From NCBI GenBank assembly GCA_965248195.1, contig CBDFIQ010000002.1, forward strand, positions 2,944,001-3,008,000: a stretch of DNA of 64,000 nucleotides, in the 5' to 3' direction. Shown piece by piece: positions 10,121 to 20,263 of the stretch. The stretch's first letter is position 1; each line of letters starts with the position of its first letter. The position numbers and the translations under genes are program-made. This DNA comes from Longimicrobiales bacterium. Its GTDB lineage: Bacteria; Gemmatimonadota; Gemmatimonadetes; Longimicrobiales; Gaopeijiaceae. Below the pieces are notes generated by a model that searched no databases, had not been told where the DNA came from, and saw nothing but the letters and a program-made list of their open reading frames with translations.

Positions 10121-11359
10121 ATGGCTTCGAAACCACCTGATCGAAGGGTATTCCTAAAACGCGGGGCCGCGTTGGCCGGTGGTTTGACCTTGGGAGCGGT
10201 AGAGCCCGCTATGCGCCAGACACCAGCATCTGGACAGTCTGTCGAGGGACAGTCCCAAGAGGTCCCGGACTATTCAAGTGAGGAGCTGATCGCCTATGGT
10301 CAACGCTCCCGTTTCGTGACGTCGGTACGCATACCGCACGGCGGCAGGCCCTCACCCGATGCCTTTGGTCTCGTCTTTCATACGGCAACTCCGCTTCAGG
10401 ATTCGGTGGGGGTGATCACGCCATCCGCGCTCCACTTCTCAAACACCACGCGCGGCGCGTTCATTCCGGACATCGATCCCCAGACGCATCGTCTCATGGT
10501 CCACGGCATGGTGGACCGTCCGCTGATCTTCACCATGGAGGAGTTGAAGCGTCTCCCTTCCGTGACCCGCCTTCATTTCGTCGAGTGCGCGGGGAACCGC
10601 TCGAACAGCCGGCAGACGACAGTGCAGGAAACGCACGGGGCGACCAGCTGCGCCGAATGGACCGGAGTGCTCCTGTCTACGCTGCTCGAGGAGGCGGGCG
10701 TGCAAGACGGAGCGCCCTGGATCGTGGCGGAAGGGGTGGAGGAAGTGAAAGGGGCGTCGAGCATTCCGATGACGAAGGCTATGGACGACTGTCTCGTGTG
10801 CTACGGCATGAACGGCGAGGCCGTACGTCCCCAGCAAGGCTTCCCGCTGCGGCTGCTGGTTCCCGGCTTCGAAGGAATCTTTAACGTGAAGTGGCTGAGG
10901 CGAATCAAGGTGGTGGACCGGTACTACATGACCTACAACGACTACGGGCATCTTCGTCAGGACCCCGACGACGCTGCGCTGGGTTACCAGATCGGACCGA
11001 AATCGGTCATCACGTTTCCGTCCGGGGGACAACAGCTGCCCGGCCGCGGATTTTACGAGGTCAGCGGCTTGGCCTGGTCCGGTGGGGGGGCCGTTAGCAG
11101 GGTGGAAGTATCCACCGACGGTGGCGACAGCTGGATAGACGCCGAAATTCGCGGGACCCCACATCCCATGGCGCATACCCGGTTCACCTTCAACTGGACT
11201 TGGGACGGAACAGAGGCCGAGCTCCAGTCGCGCTGCACGGACGAGCTGGGCCAAGTTCAACCGGATCGACGGGTGCTGGGCCGTGTGAAAGGCCAGGACA
11301 ATTCCATTCAGCCGTGGAGGATCGCGAGCGACGGGAGCGTGCACAATGCGATTTCTTAG
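10121..11359 (+). CDS. soxC: Molybdopterin sulfite dehydrogenase, SoxC/SorA-like
   Basis: Tat motif DRRVFLK; ECAGN, CAEWTGV, QGFPLRL, VKWLRRI, GLAWSG. Confidence 0.8.
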   Translation: MASKPPDRRVFLKRGAALAGGLTLGAVEPAMRQTPASGQSVEGQSQEVPDYSSEELIAYGQRSRFVTSVRIPHGGRPSPDAFGLVFHTATPLQDSVGVITPSALHFSNTTRGAFIPDIDPQTHRLMVHGMVDRPLIFTMEELKRLPSVTRLHFVECAGNRSNSRQTTVQETHGATSCAEWTGVLLSTLLEEAGVQDGAPWIVAEGVEEVKGASSIPMTKAMDDCLVCYGMNGEAVRPQQGFPLRLLVPGFEGIFNVKWLRRIKVVDRYYMTYNDYGHLRQDPDDAALGYQIGPKSVITFPSGGQQLPGRGFYEVSGLAWSGGGAVSRVEVSTDGGDSWIDAEIRGTPHPMAHTRFTFNWTWDGTEAELQSRCTDELGQVQPDRRVLGRVKGQDNSIQPWRIASDGSVHNAIS

Positions 11360-11909
11360 GCTTCTCCCGTTTCTGATGCTCCTGGGGAGCTCCGTGCAAG
11401 CGCAGACGTCCACTTATGGTGTGGGAAGGACCCCGAGCGCAGAAGAGATCCGTGCCTGGGATATCTCCATCAGTCCTACGGGAGAGGAACTCCCGCCGGG
11501 GAGCGGAACGGCCGAGGAAGGCGCGCTGGTCTATCAGGTGAAAGCGTGCGCGGCATGCCACGGAGCGACAGGGACAGGGGGGCTCGCTCCCAGGTTGGTA
11601 AAACGCGAAGCGGGACCAGATGTCGACCCATGGGAATTGGGGCGAATACTGCCGATCCGCGCGCCGTACGCGACGACCGTATGGGATTACATCAATCGCG
11701 GCATGCCTCTCAATGGAGAAGGAACCCTCACCGCCGATGAGGTCTACGCGCTGACGGCCTATCTGCTCTCCATAAACGATCTCATCGCGGAGGACGAGGT
11801 AATGGACGCCGAGAGTCTGCCGATGGTGGAGATGCCGAATCGTGATAACTGGGCTCCCCTACCGGATTGGCAGCCCGGAATGCCAAGGCTTGCAGGTTAC
11901 CCCCACTGA
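11346..11909 (+). CDS. soxD: Cytochrome c, SoxD-like
   Basis: CAACH heme motif; WDYINRGMP, EVYALTAYLL, MPNR; overlaps soxC. Confidence 0.75.
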   Translation: MRFLRLLPFLMLLGSSVQAQTSTYGVGRTPSAEEIRAWDISISPTGEELPPGSGTAEEGALVYQVKACAACHGATGTGGLAPRLVKREAGPDVDPWELGRILPIRAPYATTVWDYINRGMPLNGEGTLTADEVYALTAYLLSINDLIAEDEVMDAESLPMVEMPNRDNWAPLPDWQPGMPRLAGYPH

Positions 11910-11962
11910 GGTACGCGTCGTAACGCTTCTAAGGGCCGAACTGAAACAAGAGCCCACCGCAG

Positions 11963-12415
11963 CTACCTGAGGTTCGAGTAGTTGCTGGAGCTCATCCAGT
12001 AGGCCTCGATGGAGAGCGACACGTCATACTTCGCTCGGAGCGCAGCCCAGTCCGGGTCGGAGGCGAACCCCGCCCAGACTTCGTCCCGATGGGCGCGGTC
12101 GCGATAGGCGAGCATCCAGACCAGCGTGTTCGGATCGTCGAGACGCTGCCACACGGCGATGACATCGGCGCCGTGCTTCTCGAAGATCGCCACCTCTTGC
12201 TCGCGGAAGCGCTGATGCAGCACGTTGATGTCGCCACGCTCGTTGGAAGCCGTGTACATCCGGAGCTCGAAACAGCGCGCGTCGGAGCCCACGTTGGCGG
12301 AGAGCTCCGCCGGCAGCTGGCCGGCCGGGCCGCACGCATCAGGCGGGCCCTGGGCTTGTGCCGTCCCGGCGAAAGTGAAGCCCATGACGACGGCGGTGAG
12401 GATCGCGTTTTTCAT
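11963..12415 (-). CDS. NIPSNAP family protein, exported
   Basis: FELRMY, LHQRF, FEKHG, LVWMLAY, FASDPDW. Confidence 0.8.
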   Translation of the reverse strand: MKNAILTAVVMGFTFAGTAQAQGPPDACGPAGQLPAELSANVGSDARCFELRMYTASNERGDINVLHQRFREQEVAIFEKHGADVIAVWQRLDDPNTLVWMLAYRDRAHRDEVWAGFASDPDWAALRAKYDVSLSIEAYWMSSSNYSNLR

Positions 12416-12507
12416 GCCAATCTCCCTCTGCAATGGTTGGCGGTTCGAGTGTCCAGACGACGGGTCAGGACATGAGCCACATCTCGTTCGTCGCACGGTG
12501 GCGACCG

Positions 12508-12544
12508 GTTCGGGTACACATCAGAGTTCGTGTACACATCAGAG
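12508..12544. repeat. 18-bp-period direct repeat in a divergent intergenic region
   Basis: gttcgggtacacatcaga / gttcgtgtacacatcaga. Confidence 0.55.
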
Positions 12545-12614
12545 AGGACATTATAGGGAAGTCGAGGGCGCGCCTGAAAGGGCGAGGCCTTGGTGTCGAG
12601 GCGATTGCCACGAG

Positions 12615-12678
12615 TTGACTGACTCGGCCCTGCCTCTCACGTTGTCCGGATCGCCTGACGGCCGTTGTTTTTCCTATC
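12615..12678 (+). mobile_element. Diverged IS91-like oriIS end with promoter
   Basis: TTGACT-N17-CACGTT, then gttgtttttcctatc|CTTC. Confidence 0.6.
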
Positions 12679-12719
12679 CTTCCTAGCGCCTGGTGTATGG
12701 CCGACAGGGAGCAAGGGAC

Positions 12720-14540
12720 ATGGTACCAGCGAAAAAGCAGCGAATCGTGACTTGGCTTCTCCCTACCGTCGCCATCGTTTTGGCTGGGTGTGGCGCCAAG
12801 GAAGGCGGGCAGGCCGGACCGGCCTCCTGGGAAGACGACCTGGAGCCCATCACCGCCGCCGACTGGGACCGCGGAAAGGCCGCGCATCTTCTGGAAAGGG
12901 CAGGTTTCGGAGGAACGCCCGAGGAGATCGATCGCCTCGCGGCGATGAGTCCGGAGGAGGCGGTCGGGTGGTTCGTGGACTACGCGTCGATTCAAGACGC
13001 TCTTCCCTCGTTCGACGCGTCACCGATCTGGGACGCTGGCATGGACCCCTTCCCAAAGAGTCGGGCCGAGGCGGTGCGGATAGCCCGCGAAACAGGCGAG
13101 GCGATGGGAGTCCCGGTTCTTCCCGAGGGTGAATCAAGAGCACTCCAGCCGGTCGTGAACAAGTTCTTCTTCGGTTTGCGCTCGAACGCCTACGAGACGC
13201 AACGGTTGGCCCTGTGGTGGGGCGAGCGGATGCTGCGTACCCAGCGGCCGCTCGAGGAGAAGCTGACCCTGTTCTGGCATGGTCACTTTGCCACCGGGAA
13301 CAGCAAAGTCCGCGACACGCGGATGATGGAGCGCCAGCACTTGATGCTTCGCGCCAACGCCAGGGGTAACTTCGGGGACCTATTGCGGGGGATCCTGAGG
13401 GATCCAGCGATGCTCGTCTATCTCGACAACGGGGAGAACGTCCGGGACCACCCCAACGAGAACTTTGGCCGGGAGCTGCTGGAGTTGTTCACGATGGGAG
13501 TGGGCAACTACACGGAGCATGACATCCGTGAAGCCTCGCGCGCGTTCACCGGCTGGACCAACGACGTGCTCGAGTTCGAGTTCGATGAGACCCAGCACGA
13601 CATGGGCGTGAAGACCTTCCAGGGTCAGACGGGGCCGTTCGATGGGACCGACATCATTGACATCATCCTCGCCCAAGAGCCGACGGCGGAGTTCATTGCC
13701 GGCAAGCTCTACCGGTACTTCGTGCGAGAGGAGCTGAGTGATCAGACACGCGCGTCCCTTGGGGCGACGTTCCGCGACGCAGGTTACGAACTGGAGCCGC
13801 TGCTGACCCGCATCTTCCTGTCGCGGGATTTCTACAGCCCCACGTCGTACGCGACACAGATAAAGAGCCCGGTGCAGCTGGTCGTCTCGACCTATCGCAA
13901 GCTCGGTCTCGCCCAGATGCCGACGATCCCGGATTTCAACCGGCTGACGTCTCGCCTCGGTCAATCGTTGTTCAACCCGCCAAACGTGGCAGGATGGGCC
14001 GGCGGGCGAACTTGGATCACCCCAGGATCGTTGCTGCAGAGGGGCAATCTGTTCCGCACAATTCTGTTCCCAGACGTCGACTCGTTCCGGGCGCCGGATC
14101 GGGTCCTCCCCGGAATCTATGCGAGCGTCGGGCGCCGAATCGAGGCCGGGATGAGCATCACTGCCGCCACTCAAGAGGGTGACGCAGAATCGAGCATGCT
14201 GGCCGACCGTGACGAGGATTTTAATACGCGCTACGGTGGCTACATGGGGTACGTCATGGCGTTCGAGCGGCTCAGGCTGGTGCCCCGACATACACCCGAC
14301 CTCGACCTCGTCGCCATGGTCGACGAGGCGGGCGCCAGCAGTGCCGCCGACGTCGTCGACTACTTCATCGCACGGTTTTTGCGCCTCGAGTTGCAGCAGA
14401 CCGACCGTGAGGCCCTCGTCGGTTTCCTGCGGGACGAATTAGGCGGAGACCGGATCGGGCGCGCCGACGCGCAGACCGAATCTGCTCTGCGTTCCTTGTT
14501 GTATCTCGTGCTGAGCACACCGGAGTATCAGTTGGCGTAG
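12720..14540 (+). CDS. DUF1800 family protein
   Basis: AAHLLERAGFG, LFWHGHFAT, YLDN, PNENFGRELLELFTMG, PPNVAGW, STPEYQL. Confidence 0.9.
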   Translation: MVPAKKQRIVTWLLPTVAIVLAGCGAKEGGQAGPASWEDDLEPITAADWDRGKAAHLLERAGFGGTPEEIDRLAAMSPEEAVGWFVDYASIQDALPSFDASPIWDAGMDPFPKSRAEAVRIARETGEAMGVPVLPEGESRALQPVVNKFFFGLRSNAYETQRLALWWGERMLRTQRPLEEKLTLFWHGHFATGNSKVRDTRMMERQHLMLRANARGNFGDLLRGILRDPAMLVYLDNGENVRDHPNENFGRELLELFTMGVGNYTEHDIREASRAFTGWTNDVLEFEFDETQHDMGVKTFQGQTGPFDGTDIIDIILAQEPTAEFIAGKLYRYFVREELSDQTRASLGATFRDAGYELEPLLTRIFLSRDFYSPTSYATQIKSPVQLVVSTYRKLGLAQMPTIPDFNRLTSRLGQSLFNPPNVAGWAGGRTWITPGSLLQRGNLFRTILFPDVDSFRAPDRVLPGIYASVGRRIEAGMSITAATQEGDAESSMLADRDEDFNTRYGGYMGYVMAFERLRLVPRHTPDLDLVAMVDEAGASSAADVVDYFIARFLRLELQQTDREALVGFLRDELGGDRIGRADAQTESALRSLLYLVLSTPEYQLA

Positions 14541-14587
14541 CGGAGAGCGAGACACCCTGAATCCTTGGGAGAAACTGGAGCAATCCC

Positions 14588-15838
14588 ATGCTTATCAAGT
14601 GCAACTGCTCGCGGCGTGATTTCATCCGCCGGGGATGGTACGGTCTTGGTCTCAGCGCCGGTCTTCCGGTGATTTTGAACCGGACGACTCAGGCGCTATC
14701 CGCGCAAGCGCTACAAGGCACGAGCATGGAGGCCCACCCCGAACGAATCCTCGTGGTGGTAGAGCTGTCCGGCGGTAACGATGGTCTCAACACCGTCGTG
14801 CCGTTCGGCGATGACGAGTACTATCGCGTTCGCCCGAATCTGGGCATCGCGGAGCACGACGTCATCAAGGTCGCGGATGGGCTCGGCTTCCATCCGGCGC
14901 TCGTCGGGTTCGAGCGGCTCTACAAGGACGGGAACATGGCCGTCGTGCACGGCTGTGGATACGAGAATCCCAGTCTGTCCCACTTTTCGTCGATGGGCTT
15001 CTTGCACACCGGTGTTCCGAACGGGGGTGAGCAACTGGGTTGGATGGGGCGATTGGCCGATGGCGTCTACGACCACGATGCCCAAGGCAACATCATCGTC
15101 AACATTGGGAACCGGCAGTCTCTCGCGGTGCAAAGCCGCGACCACCCGCCGCTCGTGTTCAATGACCCGAATGCACTCAAACGCGATGCCAACGAGGCCG
15201 AGCACGCCGTGTTCGAGACCCTCGACCGCGCCAAGGCGACCGATAACAGAAGCTTGGACTTCCTCTCGGCGACGGCTGAGAACGCTGCGGGTGCGGGCGA
15301 GGTCGTGCGCCGCGCTGCTGCGTCGTATCAGACACCGATCGACTACGGCATCGGTGGTCTATCCGGACCCCTTCGGCGTGTCGCCTCCTTGATCGCGGCG
15401 GAGCTCCCCACGCGGTTGTACTACGTCACCTATGCGGGAAACTCCTTCGACACCCACGTGCACCAGGCCGACCCCCATGCGCGATTGCTGGCTTACACTG
15501 CCGACGCCGTTCGGGGATTCACCGAAGACCTCAAGCGGATTGGTCGGGCCGACGACGTGGCCGTGATGATGTTCACCGAGTTCGGTCGCCGCGTCGAAGA
15601 GAACGCCAGTCTCGGAACCGACCACGGCACGGCCACTCCGATGTTCATCTTCGGCACCGGGGTAGAAGGTGGGATGTACAGTCGCCACCCAAGCCTCACG
15701 GACCTGGACGACGGGAACCTGAAGATGACGACAGACTTCCGTCGCGTGTACGCCACGATGATCGAGGAGTGGCTGGGTTATGCGGACACGGGGTCCATAC
15801 TCAAGGGCGACTTCCAGCCGCTGGGTGTCTTCGGCTGA
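14588..15838 (+). CDS. DUF1501 family protein with Tat signal
   Basis: SRRDFI; LSGGNDGLN, FDTH, TEFGRR, GTDHG, DFRRVYAT. Confidence 0.9.
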   Translation: MLIKCNCSRRDFIRRGWYGLGLSAGLPVILNRTTQALSAQALQGTSMEAHPERILVVVELSGGNDGLNTVVPFGDDEYYRVRPNLGIAEHDVIKVADGLGFHPALVGFERLYKDGNMAVVHGCGYENPSLSHFSSMGFLHTGVPNGGEQLGWMGRLADGVYDHDAQGNIIVNIGNRQSLAVQSRDHPPLVFNDPNALKRDANEAEHAVFETLDRAKATDNRSLDFLSATAENAAGAGEVVRRAAASYQTPIDYGIGGLSGPLRRVASLIAAELPTRLYYVTYAGNSFDTHVHQADPHARLLAYTADAVRGFTEDLKRIGRADDVAVMMFTEFGRRVEENASLGTDHGTATPMFIFGTGVEGGMYSRHPSLTDLDDGNLKMTTDFRRVYATMIEEWLGYADTGSILKGDFQPLGVFG

Positions 15839-15869
15839 GTCGCAGGCGGTTGTGAGGACGGTGAACGGC

Positions 15870-17375
15870 TCAACCGCACTCTCCCGGACCCGCCAAACTT
15901 CGGAGGGTCCCGAGGTCGTCATCCACGGCGTGCCGCGCTCGGCTCTCGGACCAGTTGAAGCTCCTCCAGTCCGCAGGTCGCTCAGGGCCCCACAGGTCCA
16001 GGAGCCGGCTCGCCACCGAGCACTGTGCCTCATCCGATAGCTCGCTGAGGCGGGCGACCAAGAGCGGAGCCGCGTCGCTCCCGAGCGAGCCGAGGTAGTC
16101 CACGTCCACCCCACCCAACTCGGCGATTCGGTCGAGATTGTGACGGGCGACCAAACCGGCAGGATTGATGAGCTGCAGCGCACCCACCAGGACGAACGCC
16201 GTGACGAGGCCGCCAAACGCGAAGCGGTCGCGACGGCCGCTGAACACAGTCGCCCCGAACCAGACCACGACCACCGTCAACCACACGAGAGCCGCGGTGA
16301 CCACGACACGCAGCTCCGTGAGGCCGTAGGCGGTTTGGTAGACCAGCATACGTTGGATCGCAGAGGCCACGATGGCCAAGAGGAGAAGGAGGTGGACGCC
16401 CGCGAATCCGCCGAACACCGAACGTGCCTTAAGACCGCGGTCACCGAGCAAGGCGTGGGTGGCGAGAAGCCACGGGATGGCCAGCGCCACAGCGGCGACG
16501 AGTTGGAAGAAGCCGGCACGGGCGTAGGCGGCGTAGGTGAGACCCGGGGTAACTTCGACCCAGGCTCCCCCTCCGAAGAGGTAGCGGAATTGGACGATCA
16601 CGAAGCCTAGAAACAGGAGATCCACCAGGCCCAGAGCGGTGGCCACCTCGGCGATCCCAAGAGACGGGCGGGCGGACTGGAGGCGTCGAACCCCCGAAAA
16701 TCTCGTGCCCGACGAAACGCCGACGAGGTAGCCACAGGCAAGCCAGGACAGGACGGCTATGACCACCAAGTGCGACGCGAACGCCTGCAAGTCGATCCTG
16801 ACGAAGTCTCCGATAATCGTGGCAAACACCTCGTCCGCCGAAATGAAGAGCGCTCCGAAAACCACAAGCGGGACGAGCGCGAGGAGCGCCCCGCCGAAGG
16901 CAGTTCGCACCACAGTGCGTGCGGCCCCTCGGGATGTATAAGTTCCGACCTCACCCCAGTTCTCGCGGTTGATCAGTCGAGCGCTTCCGAACGCCGAGTG
17001 AAGCCCGGCCCCCGCCATGGCTTCGAAGAGGTCCAAGATCCCGGACCGCTTGATCCAGGCGCGCCCCGCGTTGAGAGCCGGCAGCGCAAACGCTGTGCAC
17101 GCCGCGACGAAGGTTGCGAAACGAACAAGGCCGGAGCCCCGCCACAGCAGAGCGGCACCACAGAGGAGCCCCACTCTAATCCACGACGACGCCTCCCGAC
17201 TGAGAGGCGATTCACCGCTCTGAGCTACGCTCCACACGGAGACGGCGAGACCCACGAACAACAGGAAGAAGTTGAGGCCGGGGCCCCCGGGCGCCCGAAG
17301 AAGCTGGTCTCCCGCGAACCCCATCCCGACGCCAGCCGCGAGGATGGCGGTCACAGGCAAGCAGCGGTCGGTCAT
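15870..17375 (-). CDS. DUF4153/DUF4173 membrane protein
   Basis: QFRYLFGG, YAAYARAGFFQL, YGLTELR, DYLGSLGSDA; many TM segments. Confidence 0.8.
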   Translation of the reverse strand: MTDRCLPVTAILAAGVGMGFAGDQLLRAPGGPGLNFFLLFVGLAVSVWSVAQSGESPLSREASSWIRVGLLCGAALLWRGSGLVRFATFVAACTAFALPALNAGRAWIKRSGILDLFEAMAGAGLHSAFGSARLINRENWGEVGTYTSRGAARTVVRTAFGGALLALVPLVVFGALFISADEVFATIIGDFVRIDLQAFASHLVVIAVLSWLACGYLVGVSSGTRFSGVRRLQSARPSLGIAEVATALGLVDLLFLGFVIVQFRYLFGGGAWVEVTPGLTYAAYARAGFFQLVAAVALAIPWLLATHALLGDRGLKARSVFGGFAGVHLLLLLAIVASAIQRMLVYQTAYGLTELRVVVTAALVWLTVVVVWFGATVFSGRRDRFAFGGLVTAFVLVGALQLINPAGLVARHNLDRIAELGGVDVDYLGSLGSDAAPLLVARLSELSDEAQCSVASRLLDLWGPERPADWRSFNWSESRARHAVDDDLGTLRSLAGPGECG

Positions 17376-18205
17376 GGTGCGGCCCTCCGTTCGCAGAGTG
17401 AGAATTCCGTAGCTCGGCCCGGTCCTCGAGAGAGTCCTCCGTATCGCCGATCACGAGCCGTAAAAGCCTGAACGGCGGAAGCGAGATCGGCCTCGCTGAA
17501 GTCCGGCCACAGGACGTCGGTGAAGAAGAGCTCAGCGTAGGCCGACTCCCAAAGCAGGAAGTCACTCAATCGCTGTTCTCCGCCCGTGCGGATGAGCAGA
17601 TCCACGTCGCGCGTACCGCACGGCGCGTGGATGGCCTGAGCCAGGTATCGCTCGAAGGCCTGGCGGGTTGGAGGTACCCCTTCGGCGAGACAGCCGGCCG
17701 CCGCCAACAGCGCATCGCGGGCCGAATAATCGATCGCGACCCGGACGTGGAGAGAGGTTCCTTGGCTCGTTCGCTCCTCGACGTGCGCGATCCTGCGTTT
17801 GAGAGAACCCGGGATCCGGTCCCGACGCCCTATGACGCTCAGCCGCACGCCACTGTCCGTCAGGCGGGCGCACTCGGAGTCCAGGTGCTTCTGGAACAGA
17901 AGCATCAAGTGACCCACTTCCCCCCGCGGACGGCGCCAATTGTCCGAGGAAAATGCGTAGAGCGTAAGAGTGGTGATCCCCAACTCCGGGGCGGATTCCA
18001 CCGTTCGCCGGACCGCCTTGGTTCCGGCGACATGGCCCGCCGCCCTGAGTCGACCTCGTTCGTGAGCCCAGCGTCCGTTGCCATCCATGATGATCGCGAC
18101 ATGGAATCGGTCCCGGCCTCCGCCCGTCCGCTCGAAGTTCCCAGGTGAGGCTGGTTCCGGTTGTTCAGGCTCAAGCCATCGCGCGCCCAAAGTACTTCGT
18201 GTCAT
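17372..18205 (-). CDS. uppS: cis-prenyltransferase (undecaprenyl diphosphate synthase)
   Basis: HVAIIMDGNGRWA, YAFSSDNWRRP, DLLIRTGGEQRLSDFLLWESAYAE. Confidence 0.9.
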   Translation of the reverse strand: MTRSTLGARWLEPEQPEPASPGNFERTGGGRDRFHVAIIMDGNGRWAHERGRLRAAGHVAGTKAVRRTVESAPELGITTLTLYAFSSDNWRRPRGEVGHLMLLFQKHLDSECARLTDSGVRLSVIGRRDRIPGSLKRRIAHVEERTSQGTSLHVRVAIDYSARDALLAAAGCLAEGVPPTRQAFERYLAQAIHAPCGTRDVDLLIRTGGEQRLSDFLLWESAYAELFFTDVLWPDFSEADLASAVQAFTARDRRYGGLSRGPGRATEFSLCERRAAP

Positions 18206-18210
18206 AAAGT
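18190..18210. promoter_or_regulatory. Putative operator copy overlapping the uppS start
   Basis: aagtacttcgtgtcataaagt matches 19261-19281 at 18 of 21 positions. Confidence 0.55.
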
Positions 18211-18232
18211 TTCTCCGGAAAAAAAACACCGC

Positions 18233-18619
18233 CTACTCTCGTACGAGCTCGATCAATGCCTCCATGTGGTCCAGATATCGCTGGAGCGCCTGTCGGCCGA
18301 TCTCCGTGAGGCGATAGTCCGTCCGCGGAATCCGACCCTTGAAAGACTTTTGTATCTCGACGTAGCCAGCTTCCTCTAGCCGCCTAGCGTGAACGCTGAG
18401 GTTCCCGTCCGAGGTGTCGAGACGCTCCTTGAGTTCGTTGAAGCTGAGAGATTCCTCCACCGCGAGTGCGCTTACGATCCCTAGGCGGACACGCACATGG
18501 ATGATCGGGTCGAGTGCGACAGGATTGGTCTTCCCGGCTTGTACATCGATGCTCACGGTCGATCCCTTGACCGGGGCCAGGTGCGGGGCCTTGCGGCGGG
18601 CCCGTGCTCCCTCAGCCAC
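18233..18619 (-). CDS. Winged-helix transcriptional regulator (MarR/ArsR-like, HTH_34)
   Basis: LDPIIHVRVRLGI, LSFNELK, SDGNLSVH, PRTDYRLT; start uncertain. Confidence 0.85.
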   Translation of the reverse strand: MAEGARARRKAPHLAPVKGSTVSIDVQAGKTNPVALDPIIHVRVRLGIVSALAVEESLSFNELKERLDTSDGNLSVHARRLEEAGYVEIQKSFKGRIPRTDYRLTEIGRQALQRYLDHMEALIELVRE

Positions 18620-19223
18620 CGTGCCTCCTCGCAATGATCGTCCCGAAGACGATCTGCAGCCCCCCGAATCCCACGGCCATCGAGAGATCACCGGCGGCAG
18701 GCCTCGCGAGAAGCGCAAACACCCCGAGGACCATGAAACAGATCCCCATCACGGGGACGATCTTGACCGAAAAGGTGCCGGCCGTGACGACGGCGGCGCC
18801 GTAGAGGAGAAGCCATGCCCCCGGAAGAAGTGAGTCGGCTCCGGCTTGCCAGAGCGCTACCGTAAGTACCGCTCCAGCGAGAGCAGGAGGAAGGAAGCTC
18901 AGAAAGAACTTGCGACCCGCCCCGGAAAGGACGGGAAGATGGGCCCGGCGCGCCTTCCGGTGGATCGCAACCGCCCCGATCGCCACAGCGAGCAACGCCT
19001 CGAGAGTCCAGACTAGAAGCCATCCCTCAGCAGTCGGCTGGCCTGAAGCGAGCATCGCAGCAGCCAGTGCGGTGACTCCCATTCCGACGCCACCCCATCC
19101 CGGAACCGCCGTGAAGGCGGCACCCCGCTCCATCGTCCGGCGGATGAAGCGCAGATCCTCCTTGGCTCGGTCGCCAAGGGCGATGGGTTCCGGACTCTGA
19201 TCGACTTGAGAGAGTTTCAGCAT
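18612..19223 (-). CDS. Conserved membrane protein, first gene of the uppS operon
   Basis: DLRFIRRTMER, WLLLYG, GFGGLQIVFG. Confidence 0.75.
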   Translation of the reverse strand: MLKLSQVDQSPEPIALGDRAKEDLRFIRRTMERGAAFTAVPGWGGVGMGVTALAAAMLASGQPTAEGWLLVWTLEALLAVAIGAVAIHRKARRAHLPVLSGAGRKFFLSFLPPALAGAVLTVALWQAGADSLLPGAWLLLYGAAVVTAGTFSVKIVPVMGICFMVLGVFALLARPAAGDLSMAVGFGGLQIVFGTIIARRHGG

Positions 19224-19260
19224 GATGAAGACAAATGTGGTCCGCGGCGTTGCGGTCGTC

Positions 19261-19283
19261 AAGTACTTTGTGTTACAAAGTCA
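19261..19283. promoter_or_regulatory. Palindromic operator ACTTTG-N5-CAAAGT overlapping a minus-strand TTGACT
   Basis: actttgtgttacaaagt inverted repeat upstream of the operon. Confidence 0.6.
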
Positions 19284-19366
19284 ACGCCCGCCTGCCTCTC
19301 GTCAAAGACGGAGCGGCTGGTTCGCGATCGGCTGCTACTCCCGCGGGACGCGGAGGAGATCGTCGC

Positions 19367-19927
19367 TCAGCGTTCTCCAGTTTCCAGGTATCTCATTCTG
19401 GACATAATCCCGATTCCATTTCCCAGATAATCGGCCGAGCTGACCTCCTCCATCCAGAAGGTGCCGCTTCCCCCGTCGATCCGCAGGCCCTGGTTGATGT
19501 GTCGAGCCCCTTCCGTAGGCGAGGCACCATGCCAGTGCTCCACCCCTGGAAGCGCGAATTCGATGCCACCCCTATGGAGCTCCCGCATTCTTTGTCCGCG
19601 CTGCTGAAAGCGCGCCACTCCTTCCATCACGATGATGTATTGGCCTCCACCGTGGCAGTGCCAGAAGGAGCGGGAGCCCGGACCCCAATAACGGCCCGTG
19701 AGGGGCGCACCATTGGCTACTGCTTCCGGCGAGGGAACCCCCGATTCGCTCGTGCCCGTGACAAAGTTCTGCAACGGGCCCCCAGGGCAAGGAAGATCCT
19801 GCTGCGCACCACTCGCTGCCGGCTCATTTGCTCGTGCGTCAGCCAACCGGGCAAAACCGAGGGAAAGTGGCAACACAAAGATCCACAGCAGCAAGTAGAG
19901 TAGAGTACGACCGGACAGAGCGAACAT
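19367..19927 (-). CDS. Cupin-domain protein, exported
   Basis: PGSRSFWHCHGGGQ and PGVEHWHGA motifs. Confidence 0.75.
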   Translation of the reverse strand: MFALSGRTLLYLLLWIFVLPLSLGFARLADARANEPAASGAQQDLPCPGGPLQNFVTGTSESGVPSPEAVANGAPLTGRYWGPGSRSFWHCHGGGQYIIVMEGVARFQQRGQRMRELHRGGIEFALPGVEHWHGASPTEGARHINQGLRIDGGSGTFWMEEVSSADYLGNGIGIMSRMRYLETGER

Positions 19928-20066
19928 TGCGAACCTCCTTCGAGAGAATCAGTGCGGGAGTCTGCACCTCACCTCGGGCGTCGACTTCGACCGTTCTCAA
20001 CGTATTTCGGCGTTCGTTTCTCCGCCACCGTCAGTCAGATTCAGGATCGCAACAGCCCAGTTCACA

Positions 20067-20102
20067 AGTTTCGGGGAGTTTGGGGTCCCGGTTGGGGTCC
20101 CA
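20067..20102. repeat. Partial copy (arm end only) of the tRNA-Lys att-junction repeat
   Basis: agtttcggggagtttggggtcccggttggggtccca is identical to 47487-47522. Confidence 0.75.
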
Positions 20103-20169
20103 TACCCGCAGTTACGCTGCGACTAGGGTGTAGGTCAGGCGAGAGACCTTAGCCCGGCGCCTTGCAACG

Positions 20170-20191
20170 GTAGGTTATTGTTTTTCCTATC
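20170..20191 (+). mobile_element. IS91-like oriIS terminal motif
   Basis: ttgtttttcctatc|CTTC, identical to the end of the 12678 copy. Confidence 0.55.
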
Positions 20192-20263
20192 CTTCTCGTT
20201 CAGGTTGTGGATGAAGCTGTCAGATCGAGCCGCCCACGGTGTGAAAACGAAGACGAGAGAGTT

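Noticed and set aside
10121..11909. Complete Sox sulfur-oxidation pathway
   Set aside because: Only a soxCD-like pair is present; soxABXYZ are absent from the window.
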